A stretch of 57,450 nucleotides of DNA, the filler included, from Sphacelaria rigidula (lineage: Eukaryota), in assembly GCA_964200075.2 (NCBI GenBank). It is 6 parts of 6 records of this genome, joined end to end, with 100 filler letters (N's around TTAATTAATTAA, not from the genome) between each part and the next. Parts side by side here need not be neighbours in the genome. Positions count along the whole stretch, not along the records: positions 38,370 to 47,860 come from CAXNAA020008367.1; positions 47,961 to 57,450 come from CAXNAA020008368.1; 4 more parts are not named here. One strand, given 5' to 3'. Positions 38,270 through 50,870 of this stretch are shown piece by piece. The notes beneath the pieces were generated by a model that ran no database searches, was not told the DNA's origin, and was given only the letters and a program-made list of their open reading frames with translations. A program made the position numbers and the translations under genes. Each line of letters opens with the position of its first letter. Positions within the stretch are counted from its first letter, which is position 1.

Positions 38270-40981
38270 NNNNNNNNNNNNNNNNNNNNNNNNNNNNNNN
38301 NNNNNNNNNNNNNTTAATTAATTAANNNNNNNNNNNNNNNNNNNNNNNNNNNNNNNNNNNNNNNNNNNNGGTCGCCCAGAATGAGGTTTTCGGGAAATTG
38401 GGGGGGTGAACACCGTTTTCCAGTCTGTAGGGCCCCTTGGTTTCCGCGATACATTGCACATCACATTCCCACGCCAAGAACAAGACCAGGCAAATATCAC
38501 AATGCTCTGCAATGATTGCTCAATCAAGCTAAACGCATCTATCTCCACCGCCAATATGCGTCCAATGTGCGTCGAACCTTGTGGTAACATATGTGTAGAG
38601 CCAACAATAGTAATAGCGGCGGGAGACCAGGAGTATGAAGAACACCCTCAAACACGGGATCCTACAGTAGACAGGAAACATGTCACGAGATTTTCTATGG
38701 GATGGTATACAAGTGAACTGTTGCAACTGGTACACAGCCATGCATCTGGATATAATTCCCCTGCTTGCCATGTGACCATATCAGCGACGAGACCGTATTT
38801 CGGGGCAGGTTCGCGGGCAACTCGAGGAGATGAAGGTTGGCAACACACGCGGCCATTTGGCTACCCCCCAAAATGTCTCCGGAGGGATGCGTGGCCCTCC
38901 AGGGGGAAAACAAGCCTCCGGAGGCCTTCAATCCCTGTGGAGAAAACCAAACTCTACCGACCCGGAGGGCGCGCACCCCTCCGAAGGAATTTGGGGGTAT
39001 GCGCGGCCCCTCCGGAGGCGTTTAATACCCCTGGAGGCTCGAAAGGTTTACCCACCTGGAGGAGTTTTGAGGTAGCCAAATGGCCGCGTGTGAATGAAGC
39101 CTGCTCTGAGATCGATAGATCCGAACTAATACCATGTCGCCAGCGTTGCGGTAAAATGATCTGCGCCCCTAACGCACTAGCTGCGAGGTACAAGGAAAAT
39201 TAGTGGGGTTGTGAACTGAAGCACTTTAAACCGTCATTTGTACTGGAACCGCCGACGAGCGCCCATCCTCCACTCGTTATGGAGGATCTGCTGCTGTATA
39301 GTATAATAATGAAGAAAGATGTTTTTCAAATCGCGTACCATTTTGAATGAGATTTCAACACCACCTGAGCCTCTTAGCTCCATCATGTGAGTGCTCATAT
39401 TCCGACATTTATCCACGATTTTTCCAAGAGGAGACAAGCGGATTACCACATTTTCTTGCCTCCCGCGCGGTCCCCTCACCATTCGGAGGGGGGGGCGGCC
39501 GTTGAACCTCGAGGCTTCGCGGCTCATCGCCGATGTTCTTCTGTTCAATCGGCGCCGATCAAATGGCAAGACATTGATTAATTGGCTGCGTTGTATGTAT
39601 AGGAGAGTTACAGTATACCAGCTCATCAAATGTGGCGGCACACACAGGAGGACAACAGGCAAGAGCATTCATCCCCTTTTGCCGTCCATGTAGTATAGCG
39701 GTGCTTATTGTGCCGTGAGCACGACGTGTTGGCAGTATCCGTCACTTCGGAAACCAGAGAACGACATCTCGCGCTAATGCATCGCACCCAGCTGAATCTT
39801 CAGTTACATAACGTTTGTCTTAAAGTAAATAATACTAAAAAGGAGAGCGCCGCCCCGCCGGGTGGGATATGGTCTCCAAAAAACGTTGCCATACCTTTGA
39901 TAAAATTCACCCCACCAAACCGTCGTCAAGCAGACCAAACTTGCTGTATCGACTCACCATCACCTGAGGAAACTGATCTACTACCAAACTATCCACTGAA
40001 ACACCTTAGGTCTCGAAACTAACTACCCATCGCCAAATAAATCGCTGCAGACAAAAACCCGGAGAAAACTTGGTTGTTTTGCCAAGGGGACGCACTCATC
40101 AAGACTCCATGTAGCCAACCTCTTATGAAATACAGTGAATGGACAGACTAGTGCAACATGGTCAGACGTTCGCGAAAAAACTGATCCATTTGTGCCGGGA
40201 AAAACACTCATCTGTATGATGCGACGAAAACGCTTGCGAACAAACCTACCACAATAGCAGAAAAACCAACATACAATATAATTCAACATCCATATCGTAT
40301 AGATCACGGAGTGACAAGTCATCTTCAAGTTCCGCTATATATCCTCGCCAGAGTTGGTAACACTGTTACTTCGCCGAAATACTCGAACCCCGCGATTGAC
40401 CATGGAATCAAAGTGTGTGGGCTTCAAAGCAATTCTCGTGACGCCACGAGGGATGAAATAAAAATTCTACCCCCACCTAAATGAGTCATCACGTGACTGT
40501 TCTACTTCCACTGTTTCCCCCCAAGTTTTCATTGGACTCACATTACCAATAACGCAGCAAGTGTGACCTTACCCAACATTCTCCCCACCCATTTCCCCAC
40601 CATATTTCGGTCGCTACCGTCACTTCTCACTATTCCCCCTGTACGCCTCAGCTCCTGAATACAGCTAATACCTCGCACATACGAAGTTGTACACACCCAA
40701 TAATCTCGCCCCTGGGATGCAGAGACAGCTATTAAAACAAGAACAAATTGATTCGCCGCCAATGCAACCGTAAACCACCCATGTAAGCAAGCATCCAAAG
40801 GCATTCTACACACCGCCTCTTCCGATAATTCCCGAAAGGGGTGCGAGTAAACGTGAAAGAAGAAACAAAATGCGTGGGAACAAGTAGCACGATGTACCTC
40901 GGCATTAAACAAGAACTAGCGCATCGTACTGTACGGTGAAAATTCCAAACACAAATACAATCTGAGTTACATCCGACTTCA

Positions 40982-43900
40982 TCATCCAGATAGACTATGT
41001 CGCTCCCTGCGTTTCTTCCTGGCGTCACGGTCGTCCCGTAATATCACAGCCATCTCTTCCCACTGAACCCTGCCAGCGACGTTGAACACCTGGGGAAGGG
41101 TACGGTACATGCGGTATATGATATGTTGTTGGTTGGTTAGGGTGGACGCATCATCAATCACCCGTATGAAGAGCAGTGGCTGACACTATGGTTGACCCTT
41201 TGACCGCGAGGGTAGTTCACCTGCTGAATCGGCATCAGCATTCCCTCGAAAAAAGTTTGCATAATCCAGATGGACTACCCGCACCGCCGTCCAAGGGTTA
41301 AATAGCGCCACAAAGTGAGGCCTGGATAAAGCGATTACAAGATTGGCTACTTTCATCATCAACGATGGTGAAATCCAAGAGACGGACCAGCACCGCCACT
41401 GTTTAGTACCAGTAAAAATAACACACGTACAGTGTACAAATGTCAGCCAGCAGCAAATGGTACAGTACTGAAACTGTTGCAACAAGTATCATGCTGAAAA
41501 GTGTAGAGCCATAGAACACTCACGTCGCAGGTGTAGGTTCCCATGTCTGCTTCGGTGACACTGTGTCGCACCAGCATAGGTCGAGTGGCCCCAGGGATGG
41601 GAACACCATTTCGACGCCACTGATACTGAGGTTGCGGCACTCCGCTGGCAGTGGCAACGATGGCCAGCATTTCGCCGCGAGCGAGACGTTGCGTCTGCAA
41701 CTGATTCTCCACAGATGGCGGCTCACTGATACGGACGGTCGCCTGCGAAATCAAAGCAAGAGTAAAATATCTCAACACCAAACGCGGTGAGATCAGGCTA
41801 TGATCCGCAAGTAAGTACTGCACCCGAAGCGTTTTTAACGGTTTCACGGAATAACTCCACTAAAATCCAAGACGGCGGCCGGAGCACTACCGCGAGTTGA
41901 TAATCCTCAATCCTCACATGGCTCTCAAGTTCAGGCCAGTATCCAACTCGCATAAGCAATTCAAGGCATTTCAGAGCTGTATCAGCCGAAAGGTACTTAC
42001 CTCGTCCCAAAGTGGAATGTGCTGCGCTCCAACCCGACCAGCAACGAAGCATGAGTACGTACCCTCGTCCTCTATGCCAGCCATGCTTATGGTCAGAAAT
42101 GAGCTGGCGCACAGCGACCAAAATACACACGAAAAGTGATTCAAGAGGTGGGTAAAAACGCGAGACAAGGGATGTAGCTCTGAGGCCATTTGAACCACGC
42201 GGGAGACGGTGAAAGAATCTACAACAACAGGACAACGGCTGGGTACGTAAGCATGTGACATGGAGAAGCGGCAATAGAATCACCAACCTTGTACGTCCGG
42301 GCAGAAGCTTTCCGTCCTTGAACCACTCAAAAACGTCCCCCTGCTCGGCTCTCGGCGCCCACACGTCCCCGAGCGTAAGGCTGCTCCCTGCCGCTACCCA
42401 CATCGGCGGTCGTGTTTGTCGCTCCATATGGCCGTATGATTGCGACGCTTCGCGGGGAAAGGCTGATGCGTACGTGTCCACCTCTGCCGCCCCTCCCAAG
42501 TATGTGCCCATCCATACTCCCCCGAGCAAAATAGCCAAGGAACACATCAAAACCGGCACGCAAGCTCGGATCAATTTCATGGCCGGCGAAACTGCGGGCC
42601 AAGTGCTTGCTGTCCAAGATTGAGATTTCGCTGCGTTGCACGCAACTGGTCGGTCGGAAGACTCCGGAGTACGTGAGGCAGATTTGTGCTTCTTTCGCTT
42701 GTTCTTCTTGCCCTTGGGAACCGCACTATCGTCCACCACGACAACAGGCACAGCTACCTCGTCATCATCAGAACCTGGTGATGCCGTAGTTGCCACCGGG
42801 GCGACGGACTCATCGTTAACTTTTCTAGTGCGGGAAACAGATGATTCCAGGGACGAGCATGAGGGGATGTGCAGACCTTTGACATCGGTGCTCTCATCAT
42901 TCAGGGAAGTCCTGTGCGTAGATTGAACGGGTAGCTCCGTGATGATATCTGTTTCTGTTCCTACTTCTGCGGTGGTGGGTGCCGCCGGCTGTTCAGCTTC
43001 GGCAGCTGGGAAACTACATTGAGTTCCCACAGAAGTATGGTGTACATCCTCGGCGCAGCACTGCACACCCGCGGAGACCATGTCCCTGATTGGCGTGCCA
43101 CATTGGTTTCCGCAAGAAATCGGTACCCCTCGCTTGGGGAAAGTGCATTGCACTGCTTTTTCAGACCCCTTGGAGCAAACGATAGAAGTGGACTGTGTTT
43201 GTGTTGATGCTGAGACAGATACGAAATCAACGGCTGACTCAGGCGATGTGTCCACGTCGACCATCATGGGAAGTTTGAAGGGAGTTGGTGCAGAATGTGC
43301 AGCGGGGTGAGCAGGGCTCTCTGGAGATGGTGCAGAATGTGACTCTCGCTTCTCGCCTTGCTCTTCACTCGTCGTAGAACCACTCTCATCGTCTCCACAT
43401 ACCTGCCACGATTAAGCGAAAACATTCACGACATTCGAAAGCAGCGGACATTTTCTTCAACAACCGAGCAGAGCATGCTGACTACGTTCAAGACTGGCAT
43501 TGGTTCAACAACAGCAACACCGCAGCACACAGACCGGAAGATAGTAACAATTGGATTGCGATGCGCGTGCTTGCGCATGTCGTGCCAAAACTTAATAAAA
43601 TTAGGAACATAGCACTTGTCATTCGTCACCACAAGTAATGGGGTGCAGTAGACTATCGAACGCGTCACGATACGACGGGGACATCCAGCTACGAACGAGC
43701 GGCAAGCGGTACTGTCCTGGTACTCTCGAAGTGGCCGACCGCATCACTCATGATAATACGCCAGAGTATGATCGGTAACAACATGAGCTAGGAAGGTCTG
43801 TACAGGTATACTTCCCGAGAAAAAAGGAAAAAAAGTGCCGTGATGGGGGTGGATTTATTAAATGTGGCCGGTTCATTTGCAGCTGAATTCATCGCATTCG

Positions 43901-46900
43901 ACGAAAAACGAGCACATGAGATTCTGGAGAGAACATAATCCCAGAAAATATACCGACGAAGTTCAGGCTCCCTTAGAGCCTGTCTCGTCCAACTTTTGGT
44001 CTGACGACTGGTGCCTGCTTGCCGGGAGATAGCACTGGAAGAACGATCCGATTTTGATAAAAGTTCACCCGCGAACCACACAATGCCGACTCCGACTTGA
44101 GAGCTAGAACTTCGCGAAGTCATGACGGTACGATAGCACTGCACTCTTGTAATTACTGTAGAGGGACCTGCTGATGCATTCAACCTCTACACGCAACGCT
44201 CGCTCACCTCGCCAAGACTGGTCACTATTGGTGCCTGATCACACCGCAGGTCACCTTCCCTATCGGCGGTACCATCGCGGGCTGTGCTCGCCGTCCGTAC
44301 AACGCATTCTTCAGCAACAGTATCGGACTTGGTCGCATTTGCTTCTTTTTTACTATCTGCCTTACACGCCCCGTGTTGTCCCCTTCTTACCGTTGCCTGA
44401 TCTTTTTTGGACTCCGTTTCTTTCCCCTCAATCCCGTGAGGTTGCGTGGAGACTCCCTGCATCATTTGGCCAACATTTTCCAGGGCGCGACACATCTCTG
44501 GATATACCCCTGTCAGCACGTCTTCTGAGCCTGGTCGGAGAGTGGCTTCAGCGGGGCGTACGTGGTTACTCCAGTGTTGACATGGGTGATCAAGAAGATC
44601 TTCACGGAATCCATCCCCGGTACCGTATAGTTGACAGCATTGCGGGAAAAAGTCGCGCAAAAACCAATTTGCCCACAAGCTGCTTCCTTTTTTGGAACCA
44701 TTTCCACCCCCCCCTCCCTTCTTCGCCTTTTGCCCCCTCCCCCCGTCCCCGCTATGACTTCCAGACCGTGGATGAGATGATGCCGACGAATCTTCATTTG
44801 GCCAGGATGGTCCGGCTTGCCGCACCATTCCTAGAGGCTGGTGCGACTCCTCGTCTGCCCCACTGTCGCACGCACTGTGTCGCTCCTGCTCGTCCTTGCT
44901 TCCATCTTCCGCGGGTTCCGACATAGATGCTGTGGACGAAGGAGAGGAGTAGGCGGTCTTGGGCAGCTTCCACGGCAGCATCGGGGCGCTTGTCGGCCGA
45001 CGGCGGGACTGGTCTTCGTCATGTTGTTTGGCGCGTCCCATCGGGCGATGGTCTCTTGCAGCTGTACCACTTCGTCTCTTCGCAGTGTCTTGATCATCGT
45101 TTGCGCCAGAGTTCACGTTTCGTCCTGCGTGTCCATCTCTCCACGGCGCCGAGTGCGGCCTTGTTGAGAGCTCCGCCACGGTGACATGCTGGCTCATCTG
45201 CACCTCCTGGTTTCTAGGCCTATGCACAGCCGCATCAACCTCCCCGATGTGTTGCTGGTGAGGATCTAGAAGTGGCTGGGTTGAATCTCCAGGCCCTTCG
45301 AGTCCAGGCGACGAAAACAGCATGGTTCCCGGTGGGAGCACCTGACCAGGGCCCGCCGAGCCGACAATTGCTGCGGAGTGTGTCAGCACTCGTCCGTCTG
45401 GGATAGAGAATGGGTCGTACAAAAGCTGACCTAGGGGGGGTACGAGCTGCAAGAGGGGCTGTGGCTGGGCTACGCAGTACTGCAAACCTCCGCTTGCCAT
45501 CACATGACTCAAGGCAGGCACACTGGGAGGTGAGCCCAGCATCACACGGTGTGCGGGAGCAACTTGCTGGAAGCTGAAGACCGGCATCTGACCCCCGGCA
45601 ACGTGTGGAGGAGCAGGAGACGCAATCATTGGAGGATCCAGGTAGGCGACCGGATTCCCATGACCTCGTTCCCCCTTAGCTCCCTCCACTTCCCCATAGA
45701 GGTTCCCTGACGGCTCTTCCCTTAGACGTCCCGCATCATGAGCCTCGGGTTGGGGTCGTCGTCGGCGCGAAGCTGTAACCCCTGGCCAAAGGTCGGACTC
45801 CTCGAGCAACCGTCGCCCCGATTGCAGGGCATGCTCTAGCGCCTTGAGGGTGCGACGACTCACTGAATGGCCAAGATTGTTCAAAGGATTCAGGGGGTCC
45901 TGGATGTTGCAATCGCGCTTGGGAAAATGGGCCGCAGGGGAAACATCGGCTTTAGGCAGCGGTGGCCGAGATGCTCGGTCGTGCCCATCTGAACGTCGTG
46001 CGAACCTGCTCGCCCGCTTTGCCCGTATGCGTGGGGTCTTCTCTGTTGGACCCATGGATAGTTGGGTAGACACCTTCTCAACCAACGGCCATAGTCTACA
46101 TCCTCGCATGCCCCTGGTGTTACCGCTGAGTCGACCCCGCTCGTCGAACGCTACCGGTCCGTCGAGGGTGAGACATTTTCCACCCCAGTCGAAGTCTGCA
46201 AACACTTGGAAGAAGCGGATAAGCACATCGAATGGGTGCAGCAGGCTTTCCGCTGCCGACCTAGAGTGGAACAGGTGAAGCACCATCACCGAAAGACCGT
46301 AAGTTGTCAGTCCTCCCTCCCGCGCGCCGAGGACACACTGCCCAACGAGTCGGGGCGTTTCACACAGTGCCCACGCCTTGATCAGTAGTAAGCTACGCTT
46401 GAACAGATGGTTTCGTTGAATGAACATGTCGGCCGCCTCCATCAGTACCGATGCCGCAACGCTCCCACCTTGGTTTTCCGTCACGTCGACGACCACGTTC
46501 CCCACGACCATAGTAACCATCGGAGTTCGGGCGTTGATAAATGACACATTGCGAATTTCTGGATTTCCCGTTATCTGGGAAGCAGGCCTAAATCGGCTTT
46601 GTGTCTCTCCCCCTTGTTTGCCCCCTCTCTTCGCAGCCACCGTGCAGAGCGCCTGATTTACAGAGAGGAGAGCTTTGGATCCGCTCAAGTGGGGTTTCCC
46701 TGCTTCCTCGCCACCACGGGCGCCCACCGCACCCGACTGATTCTGCTGCTTCTCGCTTGGGCGATCAGCGGCGTCCTCATCACTCGATGCTTCATCTCGA
46801 GGTAGAAAGAGCACCATGTCGATGTCTGCACACGGGAGGTAAGTCTTGGTGGGGAATGACCCAACTGGGTACACCTGGCACGCGGGCAACTGGCGCTGTA

Positions 46901-46929
46901 CCACATCTTTGACGTACTTGAAGGCAGCA
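40982..46929 (-). CDS. Predicted nucleotidyltransferase (Pol-beta/PAP-OAS1-like) - disordered linker - transmembrane helix - two Ig-like domains; at least ~1420 aa, 5'-incomplete
   Basis: Exons 46929-44208, 43402-42288, 42103-42001, 41742-41524, 41089-40982 (stop), all GT-AG with matching phases 0, 2, 0, 0. NTase motifs: GSFPTKTYLPCADIDMVLF, VVVDVTENQGGS, LFKRSLLLIKAW, NIQDPLNPLNNLGHSV. TM: LIRACVPVLMCSLAILLGGVWMGTYL. Ig: FEWFKDGK...LTI...EDEGTYSC and ASGVPQPQYQWRRNG...DMGTYTCDVFNVAG. Confidence 0.8.
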
Positions 46930-49639
46930 CTGAAGGAACAAAGATCGAGCACAACAGGGAAAATGGGAGATACATTTGATAGGGTCACAGTAACATTGGA
47001 ATGCAAACTTTGATATATTGTGTCTGTAACACTTGGCAAGCTCATTTAGAGATCGTCTCGACGCCACTGGTACAGTAGCAACAGCAAATGCGACATCCTG
47101 GTGGATCCACTTCGTAAACTGAGGATAAATTAGATGATGTTGAGTTTTTCTTTGATGCAAGTACGGCTTATGTGCCAGCCGGAACATTACGGTGTAGACG
47201 GATGCACGGCTCCCACAAGAGCATTCGAACAGTTCCCGAGGTATATCTTTTTCCGCCTCTGCAGGTTTTACAAGCACATTTTGTGCATTGAAACATGCCG
47301 TGGCCCCTCCCTGTGTTGCTGTGTTGACCGTTGTTCTCATGATACAAAGGGACACAGTCTCGACACCGTGCTAGTGCAGCCGCACCAGTTACCGGGCTCT
47401 CTTTTGGAGAAATCAAACAAAAAACTGCGAGATTTTGGTCAGTGGTCGCTGTGTCCCTTGATCTTTGCCGGCCGATGTGACTTATTTCACCAGTCGACGA
47501 AAGAACTACAGTGGTACTCACCGTCACATCACGATGCTCTGAACTTCCTAGACCCCATAACAATCGATGTGTTTTTGTCATTCAACCCCCTCCGCAACGA
47601 CCTCGTCCAGCGAAAACACGGCGTGCTCCGTCCCGATTTTGTAGGGATGCGAGGCCAATGGTAACATGACTACGCCATGAAATATCACGCGTTGTAGGAG
47701 ACTGGTCGATATTTTTGACCGTTTGACCTGGGCGAGTGGTTCTGTGGAGGAGAGACTTCTATAATGGAGTCATCCTACGATAGGGGGGGGGGGGGGGAAT
47801 ATTCTTGATCATGCTTCACCTAAGCAAAGGCCCATTGACCTTCAGTCCCACAAAAACAGGNNNNNNNNNNNNNNNNNNNNNNNNNNNNNNNNNNNNNNNN
47901 NNNNTTAATTAATTAANNNNNNNNNNNNNNNNNNNNNNNNNNNNNNNNNNNNNNNNNNNNCTGGCCGCCCTTGCAACGGCCCGAAGCCCAGTGATTATCT
48001 TGCATTTGGATGACAGCTTCCGATGAGTTGCTTTATTTTCTGGTATCGCCACTTCCAGAAACAGCCACGTCTTGTACACTGCCTCATGAGTGTCTCACCA
48101 TTCACACACCATGGAGTACGATCATCCCCATTGCGCGGAGTTGAGGTTCTCCCACGCCGCACAACATGATCTAGCTCGACTGGTTACAGCAAAAAGAACT
48201 GCAAGAGTGCAAAACAAAAACGGTAACCTCGTTGCCTAGCTTTCGTAGTGCGTGGCGTGTTTTATAGCGTCGTCGCCAACCGACGCCAACCCCACCGCGG
48301 GTCCGCCCCTACAAACCCGGGACGGAGCACGCCGGGTTCTCGCCGGACCAGGCTACCGGGGGGCGTTTGCGGGACTCCGCCGCCAGTTATCCAGTTTAAG
48401 CTGATAACTGTAACTCGTTGTAATTTTCGCAACCAGTTTACTGTTGAGCCAAACCAGTTCACAACTCTAGTATAGAGGCTATATCCGTACGGTATAGAAA
48501 ATACTCGACGTGGGGTTTGGCCAATGATAAAAAAACGGCCCAGCCTTTTGAGCAGATGAGCACCTTCCCCTTGGTTAGACGATCAATACGATCTGCGAAT
48601 CACGACCCAACTCGTTTGTGCCGAAGATATATTGCTCTGAGAGCTTGAACCCGTTTCTAGGCTGGACCAGCTCAAGTTGTCTATTTTTTACTTAATAATC
48701 GGTTACCATTTGTTGTTATTATTCTTTGCCTGACATAAGCTGTGACAATCACCATTCTTCACATATATTTGTTCTATAACAGTTTCAGCTCAAACATTTT
48801 CAGCCACACGTGTCTGCAAGGTTGCACTGAATCTGGATTGCACAACTGGCAATAGTATGGCAGCACGGCACTATTTGGAACGGCCAGTGTACTATTCTTT
48901 TTCAAGATAAGAAACTATGCCCTATATGCTCCTCGCTCGAGCCCAATGTTTTCTATGCTCCGAAGGGGAATCGTGCTTGAAATTATGCCGGCATAATCGG
49001 TGAAAGCCCAACACCATCCATCCCTCTTCGTGCCCCCCATACCTTTCTACGTGTAGGGTGGCGACGGCCTCAACCTGGAGGCCGTCACTGTGACCGAAGG
49101 GGGTGCGGGTGCCAGACTACCGCGATAGATGACAGGCGGAGCACCTGAGTTCTTCATTTATTTCGGCAAAAGCTGGGTCACCGAGGTGCACGTTCTGTGC
49201 AATTGTCTTGACGGATTCATGACGACCTCCATCACGACATGAGTTGAAGCGGGTTTCGAACACCTTAAACTTGACACGCCAGGATCAAGAGCTAATGACG
49301 ACCTCCACTTAAGGTGGGTGTTGCGGCAATTGACATGTGAATCACTCCGTCCTTTGAGGTGCGTCGTTGAGTATTGAACTCCCCCTATTCGCCCTGGCTG
49401 ATGTCCAGGGTGACCACGTCTACGCGGTTGATTGTTATGTGCTGTGGAGGAGATGAACTTCCAGAGGGTTGCTGAATTTCGTGAGTTGCCAGGCCGGATC
49501 TGACGTCAGCTGATTGAAAAGTTGTCGATAGTTTCCTTCGATGTATAAACTATTAAACTACTTTACCGGAGTATCATACCGACCATCGCAACAAAGTCCT
49601 TCCGACGGACAGCATTTTAATAGACAAGTTTAAAAAATG

Positions 49640-50000
49640 AGGATGTTCACAAATATGAGGTTCACGCCAAAAACGCCGATTTCCCCACACTTACAGTGAC
49701 TGTGCCCGATGACTTGTTTGTCGGTCTCATGCCCCTCGGTCGTGTAGATACTTTACCGACACCTTTTACCGCCTCTGTGACCTTGCAGCGCTGACCGAAA
49801 CCCTCATTTTACCCTGTGATGGGGCGCGGGAAGGGGGGGGCGGTGTTATGAGGGTAAAGAAGGATTTAAGGCGCTAAAAGAGTATTTACACGATTGAGGG
49901 GCATGACACCGACAAAACCGTCATTGGATATAGTCACTAGTCACTATAAGTGGAGGGAAAGCAGTGCTTGGGATCCAACCTCGTTTTTGTGAACAACCGC
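49640..50000. mobile_element. Degenerate MITE-like fold-back, ~120-bp arms
   Basis: TGTTCACAAA..GAGGTT...CCACACTTACAGTGACT...TTTGTCGGTCTCATGCCCCTC..TCGTGTAGATACT (49640-49755) is mirrored at 49880-50000. Confidence 0.65.
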
Positions 50001-50039
50001 ATCTTATAGAGTTGTCTTCCGGTATTTTTTTTAAACGCC

Positions 50040-50870
50040 GAGCATGACTCGTAGTCTCGAGTAATTTATTTTGAGAACAACGAGCATGACTCGTTTGCTA
50101 GAGTCGTTCATCGTTTCCATCGTGAGCAATGACTCGAGTGCTCGAGCGATTTATATTTTTCACCACGACAAACGACTCGAGTGCTCGAGTCACATATTTT
50201 GTTCAACACGAGCAAAGGCCCGTTTTCTCGAGTCATTTAGTTTTTCACCTAGAGGAGTAAGACTTTTGCTCGAGCCATTTACTTTTCCAACCAGCCATTT
50301 TACTTTTTTAATCACGAGCACTGACTCGTTTACTCGAGTAATTTGCTTTGTTAACCACGAACACAGAGTCGTGTGCTTGCGTCATCGTTTTTCTCAACCA
50401 TGAGCAATGACTCGTGTGCTTGAGTATTTCATTGTTCTCCCCACGAGCAATGAATTGAGTGGTCGAGCTATTCATTTTTTGAACCACGAGTAATTACTTG
50501 TTTTCTCTCGTCATCTATTGTTTTCACCACGAGCGATGATTCGTGTACCGGAGTCATGGACTTCTTCACCACGAGCAATGACTCGAGTGGTCGAGTCATT
50601 CATTTGTTTCCGCACGAACAATGACTTCAGTGCTCGAGCCATTCATTTTTTTTTCCCACGAGCAATGACTCGTGTACTCGAGTCCTTTATTTTTTTCCCC
50701 ACGGGTAATGACTCGAGTGCTTGAGCCATTCATTTTTTGAACCACGAGGAATGACTCTTGTAGTCGACTTATATCATTTCCCCGCCACGGGCGATGAATC
50801 GTGTACTCGAGTCATTTATTTTTTCTACCACGAGCGATGACTCGTTTGCTCGAGTCATTCATTTTTCCAC
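50040..50870 (-). repeat. Long degenerate array (~18 units) of the ~43-bp minisatellite, opposite orientation
   Basis: Units CCACGAGCAATGACTCG(A/T)GT(G/A)CTCGAGTCATT.ATTTTTT. Confidence 0.88.

Noticed and set aside
38406-40328. ORFs of 100-265 aa at the start of contig 5
   Set aside because: No recognisable domain or consistent splice pattern; probably repeat-derived.
3355-46929. Immune gene cluster (TPR + LRR + NTase-Ig)
   Set aside because: The genes lie on different contigs joined artificially.
46930-47860. Start at 47045 or a first exon for the NTase gene
   Set aside because: The first 39 ORF codons precede a clear polypyrimidine acceptor at 46930 and look intronic; no phase-2 donor exon could be identified upstream.
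37100-50870. CRISPR-like look of the palindromic 43-bp arrays
   Set aside because: The linkers are homologous T/A-rich sequence, not unique spacers; the repeats are degenerate, no cas genes are present and the context is eukaryotic.
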